DNA from: a virus
IMG/VR virus record: IMGVR_UViG_3300029959_000004
Span: 32,001 to 96,000 of that record
DNA length: 64,000 nt
Reading direction: 5' to 3' (one strand)
In this document: positions 8,914 to 17,173 of the stretch, in pieces
Position numbering within the stretch: the stretch's first letter is position 1
Layout of the letters: every line of letters begins with the position of its first letter
The notes under the pieces: generated by a model
The model's input: the letters and a program-made list of their open reading frames with translations, nothing else
Databases searched by the model: none
What the model was told of the DNA's origin: nothing
Position numbers and translations under genes: made by a program

Positions 8914-9330
8914 TTATAGATGATCTGTTTTTCTCATTTCCTTTAGAAGCTTAACTATACCTAACCTATTTTTAGCTTCCATTAACTGCATTAACTTTTC
9001 CGCAAGATAGTCTTCTTCTGTTTCATATTTCTCTAAGAATTCTATCTCCCTTTCATTCTCCTCTACTTGTTTCTTTAATACATTAACTAAATTCTTTAAG
9101 TATTTAGCTTTTTCCTTTCTAGAAGCTAGACAGAAATCGTCTTTTTTATATCCTTCATAATCATAGAATATATTAAAAGTTGTATTTTTGTCACTTTTTA
9201 CAGAATAATATCCAACGTAGACCGCAGTAATTATTAAAACTTGTCCTTCATAACCAACAGTACCACTGTTTCTTCCTTTTATTAAAAGAATCTTGTCACC
9301 AACACTAAATTTATCTAAATCATTATCCAT
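8914..9330 (-). CDS. KOW-like domain plus coiled-coil protein
   Basis: FSVGDKI; C-terminal heptad-rich region. Confidence 0.6.
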   Translation of the reverse strand: MDNDLDKFSVGDKILLIKGRNSGTVGYEGQVLIITAVYVGYYSVKSDKNTTFNIFYDYEGYKKDDFCLASRKEKAKYLKNLVNVLKKQVEENEREIEFLEKYETEEDYLAEKLMQLMEAKNRLGIVKLLKEMRKTDHL

Positions 9331-9406
9331 TTTATCTCCTTTTCTTTACAGTTAATAATATATAACTTTTATTTAGTAGTGTCTCACTTTATTCCTCCTT
9401 TCAATA

Positions 9407-9742
9407 TTAAAACCAAAATATAGGTCTATATATCGCATTTGGTAAACATCTTTGCATATTCTTTGCACCTATTGGATTACAACTATGTATTATTATTTTA
9501 CAGGTTAGATTTTTATCTTCAAGATATTTAGCTACCTGATAACCCGTATTTTCATCGTTTGAGTTGACAAATATTCTATTTCCTAAATCGTGATCTAAAC
9601 ATATTAAATCCCAATTTAAATCTCTTTTTAGAATATTAATAGCGTCTTTAGCTGTTTTGACAAATGTTATATTATGCCCAACATATTTTCTAGAGAAAGA
9701 ATCGTGTCTTGTTTGCATATCGTCAAGAAATAGAATTTTCAT
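9407..9742 (-). CDS. cyclic-phosphate-processing receiver-like domain protein
   Basis: LFLDD...CLDHDLG...TGYQVA...IHSCNPIG signature. Confidence 0.75.
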   Translation of the reverse strand: MKILFLDDMQTRHDSFSRKYVGHNITFVKTAKDAINILKRDLNWDLICLDHDLGNRIFVNSNDENTGYQVAKYLEDKNLTCKIIIHSCNPIGAKNMQRCLPNAIYRPIFWF

Positions 9743-9753
9743 TTAATTCTCCT

Positions 9754-9972
9754 TCATTTATCATACATTTTTTTACAAAATTTAGATATTTCAAACTCTT
9801 TAACTGTATTTTTTTCTTTTATAAGAGAAAATCTAAAAGACATATAACCATATTTTCTACCAAGATTGTTTATTATATAAACCATATCGTCGGATTTTGA
9901 CAAAACATAATAGATTTTATTTATAGTTAATTCAATCCCACGTCCTGAATTATCTTTACATTTAACTTTCAT
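9754..9972 (-). CDS. SH3-like small protein with C-terminal tag
   Basis: Ends TVKEFEISKFCKKMYDK. Confidence 0.7.
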   Translation of the reverse strand: MKVKCKDNSGRGIELTINKIYYVLSKSDDMVYIINNLGRKYGYMSFRFSLIKEKNTVKEFEISKFCKKMYDK

Positions 9973-9978
9973 ATGTTT

Positions 9979-10242
9979 TTAAAGAGATTTAATTAAATCA
10001 CCTCTCATAAAAGCTACTATCGGATATTCTCTGATAACTTTATTTTTTTCTATCAACTTCCAATTATTCAGGCAAGAACAACCACAATCGTGAGTGACTT
10101 CTGTCATTCTTCTTTGATTACTTGCATATAATATTTTACTTTCTTTAACCAATAAGTATCTTAGAGTGTAAATCTGTCCTTCCTTCGCTCCTGAACAATC
10201 AGACAATATTCTTATTTTATCTCCCTCTTTAAACTCTCGCAT
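9979..10242 (-). CDS. KOW/SH3-like small protein with C-terminal tag
   Basis: FKEGDKI; ends VIREYPIVAFMRGDLIKSL. Confidence 0.75.
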   Translation of the reverse strand: MREFKEGDKIRILSDCSGAKEGQIYTLRYLLVKESKILYASNQRRMTEVTHDCGCSCLNNWKLIEKNKVIREYPIVAFMRGDLIKSL

Positions 10243-10495
10243 TTACATTCTCCAAGAATTTTACTATGGGAAACGGTTTAATAACTTTCTTTTTCTTTTC
10301 AATTAATTCTATCATAAATTCTTTAATTAAATCACCCGTTTTTTCTTCGTGATTATAACTTGAATCCCATATTATAATATATTCATAAACGGAAAAGTAT
10401 CTTACGATAGTTCCTGTCCATCCTGTTTGAGCATAAGGTAGCCAAAGATCGTATGATATTACTACCTTTACTCGGTCTCCTTTTTTAAATTTCAT
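10229..10495 (-). CDS. KOW/SH3-like small protein with C-terminal tag
   Basis: FKKGDRV; ends VIKPFPIVKFLENVNARV. Confidence 0.75.
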   Translation of the reverse strand: MKFKKGDRVKVVISYDLWLPYAQTGWTGTIVRYFSVYEYIIIWDSSYNHEEKTGDLIKEFMIELIEKKKKVIKPFPIVKFLENVNARV

Positions 10496-10754
10496 AGTAT
10501 TCTCTATAATAACTCTTTACTAGATTAAAATTAAAACTATTTATAAATCCATCTAGCATATCGAACCAACAATTAAAAAATCGCTGTAGTTTAGTGGGAA
10601 TTATTTTATATATAATCCAATGTATAAATTCATGAATAAAAGTTTCTATATAATCTATTCCTTTCATATCTTCTCTTATATAGATAGTTTCTTCATCTAA
10701 ATAACCATAAACATTAATATTTTCTTTACTCTTTCTGAAGAGTTGTACACGCAT
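10485..10754 (-). CDS. small HExxH metallopeptidase-like protein
   Basis: IYIRE...TFIHEFIHW. Confidence 0.55.
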   Translation of the reverse strand: MRVQLFRKSKENINVYGYLDEETIYIREDMKGIDYIETFIHEFIHWIIYKIIPTKLQRFFNCWFDMLDGFINSFNFNLVKSYYREYYEI

Positions 10755-11247
10755 TAGACTTCTCCATAATTATTTTATAAAGTTTTTCATTAGATTTATC
10801 TAACTCTTTAACTTTATCAGTTAATTCTTGTATTTTTTCAGTTAATATTTCTACCGAACGTCTTTGATTTACACCAACTTTATTTTGTCTTAATTCATAT
10901 ATTTCTATTTGTTTTAAACTATTTTCCATATCTAAATCTTTGCATCCACTTAATAAAAACAAAGATAATATTATAAAGGCGATTTTCTTAGTTGTTTCTC
11001 TCATAAATCTGACTATTTCATATTCTCTTATTATTTTCTTTTTCTCAACTAATTCTAAATCACTCTCTAAAAAACCGGAGCATCCTCCAGCTTTCTTCTC
11101 AAAATTAGATACATAAACATAACAATCATAGATTTTCGGATTACTGACTATTCCTATTAAACCAACAAATGGGCAAAAATCACCACATACAAAACAATCA
11201 TTTTTTTTAACAACCTTTACTTTATCTCCAGTCTTAAATTTGCTCAT
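10726..11247 (-). CDS. KOW-like tagged protein fused in frame to a lipoprotein-like coiled coil
   Basis: Likely start MSKFKTGDKV at 11247; internal IIREYEIVRFMRETT, then KKIAFIILSLFLLSGC (lipobox). Confidence 0.65.
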   Translation of the reverse strand: MSKFKTGDKVKVVKKNDCFVCGDFCPFVGLIGIVSNPKIYDCYVYVSNFEKKAGGCSGFLESDLELVEKKKIIREYEIVRFMRETTKKIAFIILSLFLLSGCKDLDMENSLKQIEIYELRQNKVGVNQRRSVEILTEKIQELTDKVKELDKSNEKLYKIIMEKSNACTTLQKE

Positions 11248-11392
11248 TTTATATATATTACAACACTTTTCCAAGATAAATCTTTTAATCTTTTTATTTC
11301 ATCTATCGCCCATCTAATAAAATCTTCACATTCTGACTGATTATCAAAATTTGCATATCCTTTTTTAAATACCCAATCATAATCTGCCATTT

Positions 11393-11665
11393 TTATCCTC
11401 CTACAGCACAATTTCCACAATCAAAATACATACTTGTATTAGTTTCTCTTCTATCTTTACTTCTTTCAGTATCTATAAAATCTTGCATATTTATAGATAA
11501 CTCTGCTACATTAGTCTCACAATCCGAACATTTAAAATTTATTTTTGTTTTAAGTTCCTTCAACATATCTTTTGGTATATTCTTTAATTTTACATATATT
11601 CTATTTATACCAAACTCGTCTCTACCAATTTTACCAATAAAAGTTTTTAACCCTTTTCCTCTCAT
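11393..11665 (-). CDS. Zn-ribbon hypothetical protein
   Basis: CSDC and CGNC. Confidence 0.55.
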   Translation of the reverse strand: MRGKGLKTFIGKIGRDEFGINRIYVKLKNIPKDMLKELKTKINFKCSDCETNVAELSINMQDFIDTERSKDRRETNTSMYFDCGNCAVGG

Positions 11666-12021
11666 TTTCTTTTTCTCCTCTTCTCATATATATAAATGAC
11701 TAAATAATTATATCTTCCTTCTAAACTTTTATCTATCTGCTCGGGACCAAAACCGCCTACAGAACCAAACAAATGTGCTTCTAATAATTCAATAAGAGCC
11801 TCAGCTTTTGCTGAATATTCTGCGACGCTTTGTGCCCAATCAACTTCAATATGTTGTCTCCACTGATTTATTTGTTGTATATCGTCTTTTATGTCTTTTA
11901 GAATTTTAACAAGAGGAATGCTCATATCTTTATTCATTTTTTCTCTACCACAACCAGTACAAATATTCTTACCTTTTTTATTTCTTTTGATTCCAACCCA
12001 ATTTGTGCAATTACAAGTCAT
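11662..12021 (-). CDS. hypothetical protein with N-terminal Cys cluster
   Basis: ORF track; SD present. Confidence 0.55.
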   Translation of the reverse strand: MTCNCTNWVGIKRNKKGKNICTGCGREKMNKDMSIPLVKILKDIKDDIQQINQWRQHIEVDWAQSVAEYSAKAEALIELLEAHLFGSVGGFGPEQIDKSLEGRYNYLVIYIYEKRRKRK

Positions 12022-12203
12022 TTTATTCTCCTTTTATATACTTGTGTAATATGGGTTATTCTCCTATAAACCAAATTCTTTTGAAGCCAACCCACCAAGA
12101 CGGTTTAGATTCCATAAACTTTCCGCAATGTAGACATCGTAACCAGAAACCTCCCGAAAATCTAACATCCAAATGTAAACAGTTTGTCATCTAAGTCTTC
12201 TTT

Positions 12204-12530
12204 TTAAAATTTAGCAAATCTTTCTATTATACTTTTAGCGTGATGTTGTCTATCCTCATATTTATCACTTCTATACATCAATTCATACCACCACATCATA
12301 GCTTTGTAAGTCCTACCTAATTCTTTAGCTAAATCAAAGAGTTTTTCTTCTTCCTTTATTTCATTAGAAGTTTTTGACTTGAATCTCTCTATTTCCCAGT
12401 CTTCTATAGGTTCCTTAAATCTATCTGCTGTTAAAATAGATTCCTTCTGATAGTTTCTCTTCATATTTCTTTTACCTAAGAACATGGACGCTGTTATCAT
12501 TATTTTAATGATATTTTTCAATAGAAACAA
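12204..12530 (-). CDS. hypothetical protein
   Basis: ORF track; start uncertain. Confidence 0.5.
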   Translation of the reverse strand: MFLLKNIIKIMITASMFLGKRNMKRNYQKESILTADRFKEPIEDWEIERFKSKTSNEIKEEEKLFDLAKELGRTYKAMMWWYELMYRSDKYEDRQHHAKSIIERFAKF

Positions 12531-12720
12531 CAGTTTCCAAAACTTCTTCTAAATGATATTTATCCTTTTTCCAGATAAAATCTCCACATGAGCTAATATA
12601 ATATGTATTTATTTTAATCCATTTAATTTCTTTGTTTTCAATAGCTCTAACTAAATCTTTTAGAATATTTCTTTTAAATCCTTTTATTTTAACATTGTTT
12701 AAATTTTTGGGAAATGCCAT
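12505..12720 (-). CDS. hypothetical protein
   Basis: ORF track; starts 1 nt after the rtcB stop. Confidence 0.5.
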   Translation of the reverse strand: MAFPKNLNNVKIKGFKRNILKDLVRAIENKEIKWIKINTYYISSCGDFIWKKDKYHLEEVLETVVSIEKYH

Positions 12721-12721
12721 A

Positions 12722-14968
12722 TTAATCTCCTTTAATTACAGCCAAAGGGCTTAATTCCACAAGTATTTCTACTAAATCCGACTGATTTTTCATAACATCT
12801 TCAATTTTCTTATACGCTCCAGAAGCCTCTTCTAAATTATTTACATTTCTAATACCGTGAATAATTCCTTGATCGTCCAATATCTTAATTTCTTCTTTTA
12901 GATTTAATTGACGACAAGCCTCTTTTCTTCCCATAACTCTACCTGCACCGTGAGAACAACTTTCAAAGCTTTCTTTGTTTCCTAAACCTTTAACTATATA
13001 AGACTTAGTTCCTTGAGATCCCGGTATTATACCTATTGTTCCTTCACGAGCTAATGTTGCTCCTTTTCTATGTACTATTACATTCTCTCCAAAGTGATTT
13101 TCCCATATTGCGTAATTATGTGCTATATTTATTGTTGCTTTACCGCAACCGGTTTCTTGATTGTTTATGTCTTTTAGATAGAATCCTTCATCGTTAAATT
13201 CTTTGTTAAATATCTCTACTATATTACTCATCATTAAAAACCTATTAGCTAAAGCAAAATCCACACAATACTGCATTTCCAACATATAGTCTTTAGCTTC
13301 CTGAGTTTCTATAGGTAAGAAAGCCAATTCACATTCTTTAGGAACATAAACATACCACTTACCGTTTAGGTTCTTTGCTAACTCATTATAATAGTTAGCT
13401 ACTTTATATCCTAAGTTCCGACTTCCTGAATGTATCATAATCCAGATATTATTCTCGGTATCTTTTTGAATCTCAATAAAATGATTTCCCCCTCCTAAAG
13501 TACCGATTTGTTTTAACGCGTTGAAATATTCTTTTTTAATAACATTATAGTTTTCTAACATATCTCTAATTGTTTCTGCTTTAATTGGCATTAAATTTTC
13601 ATCTTGTCTTTCTTTATGACTTCCGTCACGCCCGTTTCCAACAGGAATAACTTCTCTAATCTTTCCCATTATCTTCTTTAAAGTTTCTCTATCTAATTGT
13701 TCTGATTTTAAAGAAGTCTTAACCGCACACATACCGCAATTATGAACAAATACCCCAGAAGATAAGGCAAAATTATGATATTTATCAATAGTTAAACAAT
13801 AAACATCTTCTTTTTTATTTATTAGTTTAATTGAAATAATTTTATGATTTTTTCTATTTTTATTCCAATAAGCTCCAAAACCATATTTTTTACCAATTTC
13901 AGAAGATTTGACTCTTCCTTTTTCAGATTTGTTATATTGAATTAAAAATTTCTTTCCTCTTTCTCCAGCTAATTTAGCTTGTTCTTTAAATTTTTCAGTT
14001 TTTGAATAATTAATCCAATTTTGTATTGCGTTCTTTTTTACAATTTCTTGGAAATCTTTTCTTTGATGTAATTTTCTCATATTTTCTGATGCCATTTTAG
14101 AAAATAAAATGGGATTATTCTTTCTTGCTATTTTAAATCCAACGATACCTAATTTAGAGTTTTTACCAACATTTTTATAATGTATTTCCCAATGTTTTTT
14201 CCAATTAACTCGTTTTATGTTTGTAGGGTTATTGTTATATTTATTAAAATCTATATGGTGTCTAACTCCTTTAGTTTTTTTATAAATACCATTTAATATA
14301 TTAAACTCATCTGCTAAAATATGAATATAGCGATACTTATTATTCTTAGGATTATAAATTACATTATAATCTTTCATTTTTTCTTTTTTAAATTGATGCT
14401 CAAATTCAATATCTTCCACTTCAAATGCTTTATTAATGTAAATTGGCATTAACGATTGTCCAATTTTTAATTTTTTCGCTCTAATTTCTTTATTTTCTCT
14501 ATCATAAAATATATGATCTTTAGTGCATTTAATTATTTCATTATTATCCAATTTTATTTCTAAAAGTTCGTTGGCAATTCGTGTTTTTCTGGGACTATTA
14601 ATTTTTGATATAACAATATTTGATTCTTTATCCAGAGAGTAACAAAAATTTTCTTTACCTCTATTATATTCTTTAATTAATTCTAAAAATGATAAATCTC
14701 TTCCATCAGTTAATTTAACTTTTGTATCACCAGTAAAACATCCAATATCAACACCTACTGCATTAGGTATTACTACTTTCTTAGTAGCTAATACTCCACC
14801 AATAGGCATACCAAATCCTTGATGACAGTCCGGCATTACCGCTATGTGTTTGAAAGCGAATGGTAAATTGGATAAATTAACCAATTGTTTCACAGCTCCG
14901 TCTTCTATCTCATCTAACCACATCTTTATTGGAACTTTTTGTTTATCTGTATCATATATTACTTTCAT
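12722..14968 (-). CDS. rtcB: RtcB RNA ligase (intein-containing)
   Basis: MPDCHQG, VGVDIG|C, GTLGGGNHFIE, HSGSR, HRKGAT, PGSQG, SCSHGAG, EEASGAYK. Confidence 0.95.
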   Translation of the reverse strand: MKVIYDTDKQKVPIKMWLDEIEDGAVKQLVNLSNLPFAFKHIAVMPDCHQGFGMPIGGVLATKKVVIPNAVGVDIGCFTGDTKVKLTDGRDLSFLELIKEYNRGKENFCYSLDKESNIVISKINSPRKTRIANELLEIKLDNNEIIKCTKDHIFYDRENKEIRAKKLKIGQSLMPIYINKAFEVEDIEFEHQFKKEKMKDYNVIYNPKNNKYRYIHILADEFNILNGIYKKTKGVRHHIDFNKYNNNPTNIKRVNWKKHWEIHYKNVGKNSKLGIVGFKIARKNNPILFSKMASENMRKLHQRKDFQEIVKKNAIQNWINYSKTEKFKEQAKLAGERGKKFLIQYNKSEKGRVKSSEIGKKYGFGAYWNKNRKNHKIISIKLINKKEDVYCLTIDKYHNFALSSGVFVHNCGMCAVKTSLKSEQLDRETLKKIMGKIREVIPVGNGRDGSHKERQDENLMPIKAETIRDMLENYNVIKKEYFNALKQIGTLGGGNHFIEIQKDTENNIWIMIHSGSRNLGYKVANYYNELAKNLNGKWYVYVPKECELAFLPIETQEAKDYMLEMQYCVDFALANRFLMMSNIVEIFNKEFNDEGFYLKDINNQETGCGKATINIAHNYAIWENHFGENVIVHRKGATLAREGTIGIIPGSQGTKSYIVKGLGNKESFESCSHGAGRVMGRKEACRQLNLKEEIKILDDQGIIHGIRNVNNLEEASGAYKKIEDVMKNQSDLVEILVELSPLAVIKGD
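13739..14740 (-). mobile_element. 334-aa intein with HNH-like endonuclease insert
   Basis: Starts CFTGDTKVKL; block B CTKDH; internal RHHIDFNKYNNNPTNI; ends VYCLTI...HNFALSSGVFVHN with Cys at +1. Confidence 0.92.
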
Positions 14969-14988
14969 TTTATATTCTCCTCTTTAGA

Positions 14989-15246
14989 TTAGTTTTTAGA
15001 ATCTTGATGTGAAATTCTATATTCCCAATTCCACCAATCTTCTATAGTTCCTACATAAAATGTACCTTTTCTTTCTACAAAACACAGCCACGCTTTAACT
15101 TCTCTTTTATCTTTTGTAATATCTACAACTATAGGAAACCAAGCAAACCACTTGTGCCATTCTTCAAGTTTTTTTATTTCTTTATCTTTAATTTCTTTTT
15201 TCAATCTTACTATATTTTCTTTTGTATAACCATTAGTCCAAATCAT
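14989..15246 (-). CDS. Trp-rich hypothetical protein
   Basis: WHKWFAWFP motif; its SD lies inside hammerhead stem III. Confidence 0.65.
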   Translation of the reverse strand: MIWTNGYTKENIVRLKKEIKDKEIKKLEEWHKWFAWFPIVVDITKDKREVKAWLCFVERKGTFYVGTIEDWWNWEYRISHQDSKN

Positions 15247-15247
15247 C

Positions 15248-15310
15248 TATTCTCCTTTCGGGCTTATTTAATGCCCTCATCAGTTAATGAATTACATTAA
15301 GAGGAACAAT
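15248..15310 (-). ncRNA. hammerhead ribozyme, type III
   Basis: UUCC-UC^-UUAAUG(uaauu)CAUUAA-CUGAUGA-GGGC(auuaaauaa)GCCC-GAAA-GGAG; predicted cut between 15301 and 15300. Confidence 0.9.
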
Positions 15311-15322
15311 CTAAGTAGTAGA
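15306..15322. repeat. 17-bp perfect inverted repeat, arm 1
   Basis: ACAATCTAAGTAGTAGA is the reverse complement of 15834..15850. Confidence 0.9.
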
Positions 15323-15326
15323 TTTT

Positions 15327-15815
15327 TTAGAAATAACTCTCCATTGTCAATAGACCGCCAACAAAAAACACAAAACCTAAAAATAACCAACACAAAATAA
15401 CTATTTCTCGTCTTTCTATTCCATAACAACCACGAAACACACTATCTATATCTCCCAAAGTATGATCCATCTCTTGACCGCTTATTTGATACATAGCTTG
15501 TTGATATTCAAGAGATTTTTCTTTCATTCTAGAAGTTGTTTCTAGTCTGCTTATTAAAGTATCTAATATCTTTAATTGAGTAGATTTAGTCATTCTTTCC
15601 GTTTTAAAGATATAGTTAGCATGTTCTTCGCTAATATTACTAACTTTTTCTCTGTATTCCTTAAAATACATCAGTTTATCTTTAGCTGTTGAAGCGTCAT
15701 CCGCTAATTTTAAGAACTGTTTATATTTTACCTCGTAGTTATATGCAATATCAACTCCGAGAATTGTTCCTAAAACAAAAAACAATATTGCAAGACCAAA
15801 TAATAGAAATTTCAT
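15327..15815 (-). CDS. two-TM membrane protein
   Basis: Hydrophobic N- and C-terminal helices. Confidence 0.7.
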   Translation of the reverse strand: MKFLLFGLAILFFVLGTILGVDIAYNYEVKYKQFLKLADDASTAKDKLMYFKEYREKVSNISEEHANYIFKTERMTKSTQLKILDTLISRLETTSRMKEKSLEYQQAMYQISGQEMDHTLGDIDSVFRGCYGIERREIVILCWLFLGFVFFVGGLLTMESYF

Positions 15816-15833
15816 TCTTATCTCCTTTTTTGG

Positions 15834-15850
15834 TCTACTACTTAGATTGT
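15834..15850. repeat. 17-bp perfect inverted repeat, arm 2
   Basis: TCTACTACTTAGATTGT. Confidence 0.9.
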
Positions 15851-15858
15851 CAAAGAAC
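15847..15858 (-). promoter_or_regulatory. boxA-like (NusB/NusE) element
   Basis: GTTCTTTGACAA, intergenic; a near-identical copy lies at 23051..23062. Confidence 0.6.
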
Positions 15859-15867
15859 CAAACTTAT

Positions 15868-16194
15868 TTACAAACAGATAGCTTGATGTGTTTTTTCATA
15901 TTCTTCCACGAACTTACATATTATAGTTCCATAGTCTCCTTCTATTCTCTCATTAGTATCTTTCTTAACAATAGACCAAGTTACAACCTGATGTTGTAAG
16001 TAGTTTTTATACTCCATTCTTTGTAGCATTATGTTATTATCCGTAAGAATATGAAAATTCTTTCTATCTCTCATTGCCATTTTCTGTGTTCCCATATAAA
16101 TTTTCCAAGCGTGTTCTTTTGCTCTTGCTAAAACCACATCAATTTGTTGCTTTTCTGTCAGGTTATTTAGCTTATTTACAACGTTTTGATCCAT
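15868..16194 (-). CDS. hypothetical protein
   Basis: ORF track; SD AGGAGG. Confidence 0.6.
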   Translation of the reverse strand: MDQNVVNKLNNLTEKQQIDVVLARAKEHAWKIYMGTQKMAMRDRKNFHILTDNNIMLQRMEYKNYLQHQVVTWSIVKKDTNERIEGDYGTIICKFVEEYEKTHQAICL

Positions 16195-16209
16195 TTTACT
16201 TCCTCCTAT

Positions 16210-16437
16210 TTAATAACCAAATTTATTTAGAGTATTGTCTAAATACGCTCTCATTACAATTAAAGTCGCTAAAAATTCATCATCTACGGTTATTTTTGTT
16301 CCACTTAAAGCTACAATATCGTCTAAAGCTACAATATCGTCAATTCTTTTTAATTTAGAGACCTTTTCATTTAGATTATCTGAAATTTTAAACATTTCAT
16401 CTCTACTTAATTTCTTTTTATTATTTCTCATTATCAA
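16210..16437 (-). CDS. hypothetical protein with internal DDIVAL duplication
   Basis: ORF track. Confidence 0.5.
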   Translation of the reverse strand: MIMRNNKKKLSRDEMFKISDNLNEKVSKLKRIDDIVALDDIVALSGTKITVDDEFLATLIVMRAYLDNTLNKFGY

Positions 16438-16572
16438 ACTCTCTTTCTAATTTAACTATCTCTTCCTCTAATAAAATCTTCTCGTCTTCTGTTAAATCCT
16501 TAAAAATTACGTGAGCCTCTTTCATTAACTTAATAATATTTCCAACTTTTTCCATTTTTATTCTCCTTAATT

Positions 16573-16632
16573 GGTCTCATTCAGTTTTGTATTAAACAAA
16601 AGACGGAGATAATGTAACTCTCCGTTTCGACC
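16573..16632 (-). ncRNA. hammerhead ribozyme, type II, variant core CUGAAUGA
   Basis: GGUC-GAAA-CGGAGA(guuacauua)UCUCCG-UC^-UUUUGU(uuaau)ACAAAA-CUGAAUGA-GACC; predicted cut between 16602 and 16601. Confidence 0.85.
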
Positions 16633-16798
16633 TTATTTAAGTATTAACCAAACTAATATAATAATAGAAATATATATTAGATGTATAAACCAAGGAAGAA
16701 CCTTCCCTCCTAAGACTAATCCTAAGAAGAAAGCTATGAATTTTCCTTTATTCTTATCTTCCACGTCTTCTCCTTTCTTAACTAAGTGGATAGAAAAC

Positions 16799-17173
16799 TT
16801 AACTGACTGATTCCACCTTCTTTTCTACACCACTTAACAATTTCTCAATGGTGGTCTGTATCTTCGCTCTCAAAGCACCTCCAAAAAGAAAATGATCCAA
16901 TAAAACAACAACACCTACGGTTAAAATAATATCCTGATGATCTTCGTAATACTTTTTCAGACTTTTTAACATTTTTATTTCTCCTTTCGATTTATTTACG
17001 TATTCTAAATCTTCGTCATCCCACCGATAAGAACTTCCTGTTTTTGCTGTAGCGATAACTCTACCATAAATATCAATGTAATCAACTACAATTATGTCTC
17101 CAATAGTTGCAGCGACTTGCCCATTACTCTTTCCTATAACTCTTAAAACATCTCCTTTTTTAAATACAGACAT
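16799..17173 (-). CDS. KOW-like domain protein with hydrophobic C-terminal segment
   Basis: FKKGDVL; ILTVGVVVLL. Confidence 0.6.
   Translation of the reverse strand: MSVFKKGDVLRVIGKSNGQVAATIGDIIVVDYIDIYGRVIATAKTGSSYRWDDEDLEYVNKSKGEIKMLKSLKKYYEDHQDIILTVGVVVLLDHFLFGGALRAKIQTTIEKLLSGVEKKVESVS

Noticed and set aside
1346-11247. Tag repeats as a CRISPR array, integron attC sites or DGR variable repeats
   Set aside because: The repeats are coding, degenerate at synonymous positions, irregularly spaced and non-palindromic. No cas, integrase or reverse transcriptase gene is in the window.
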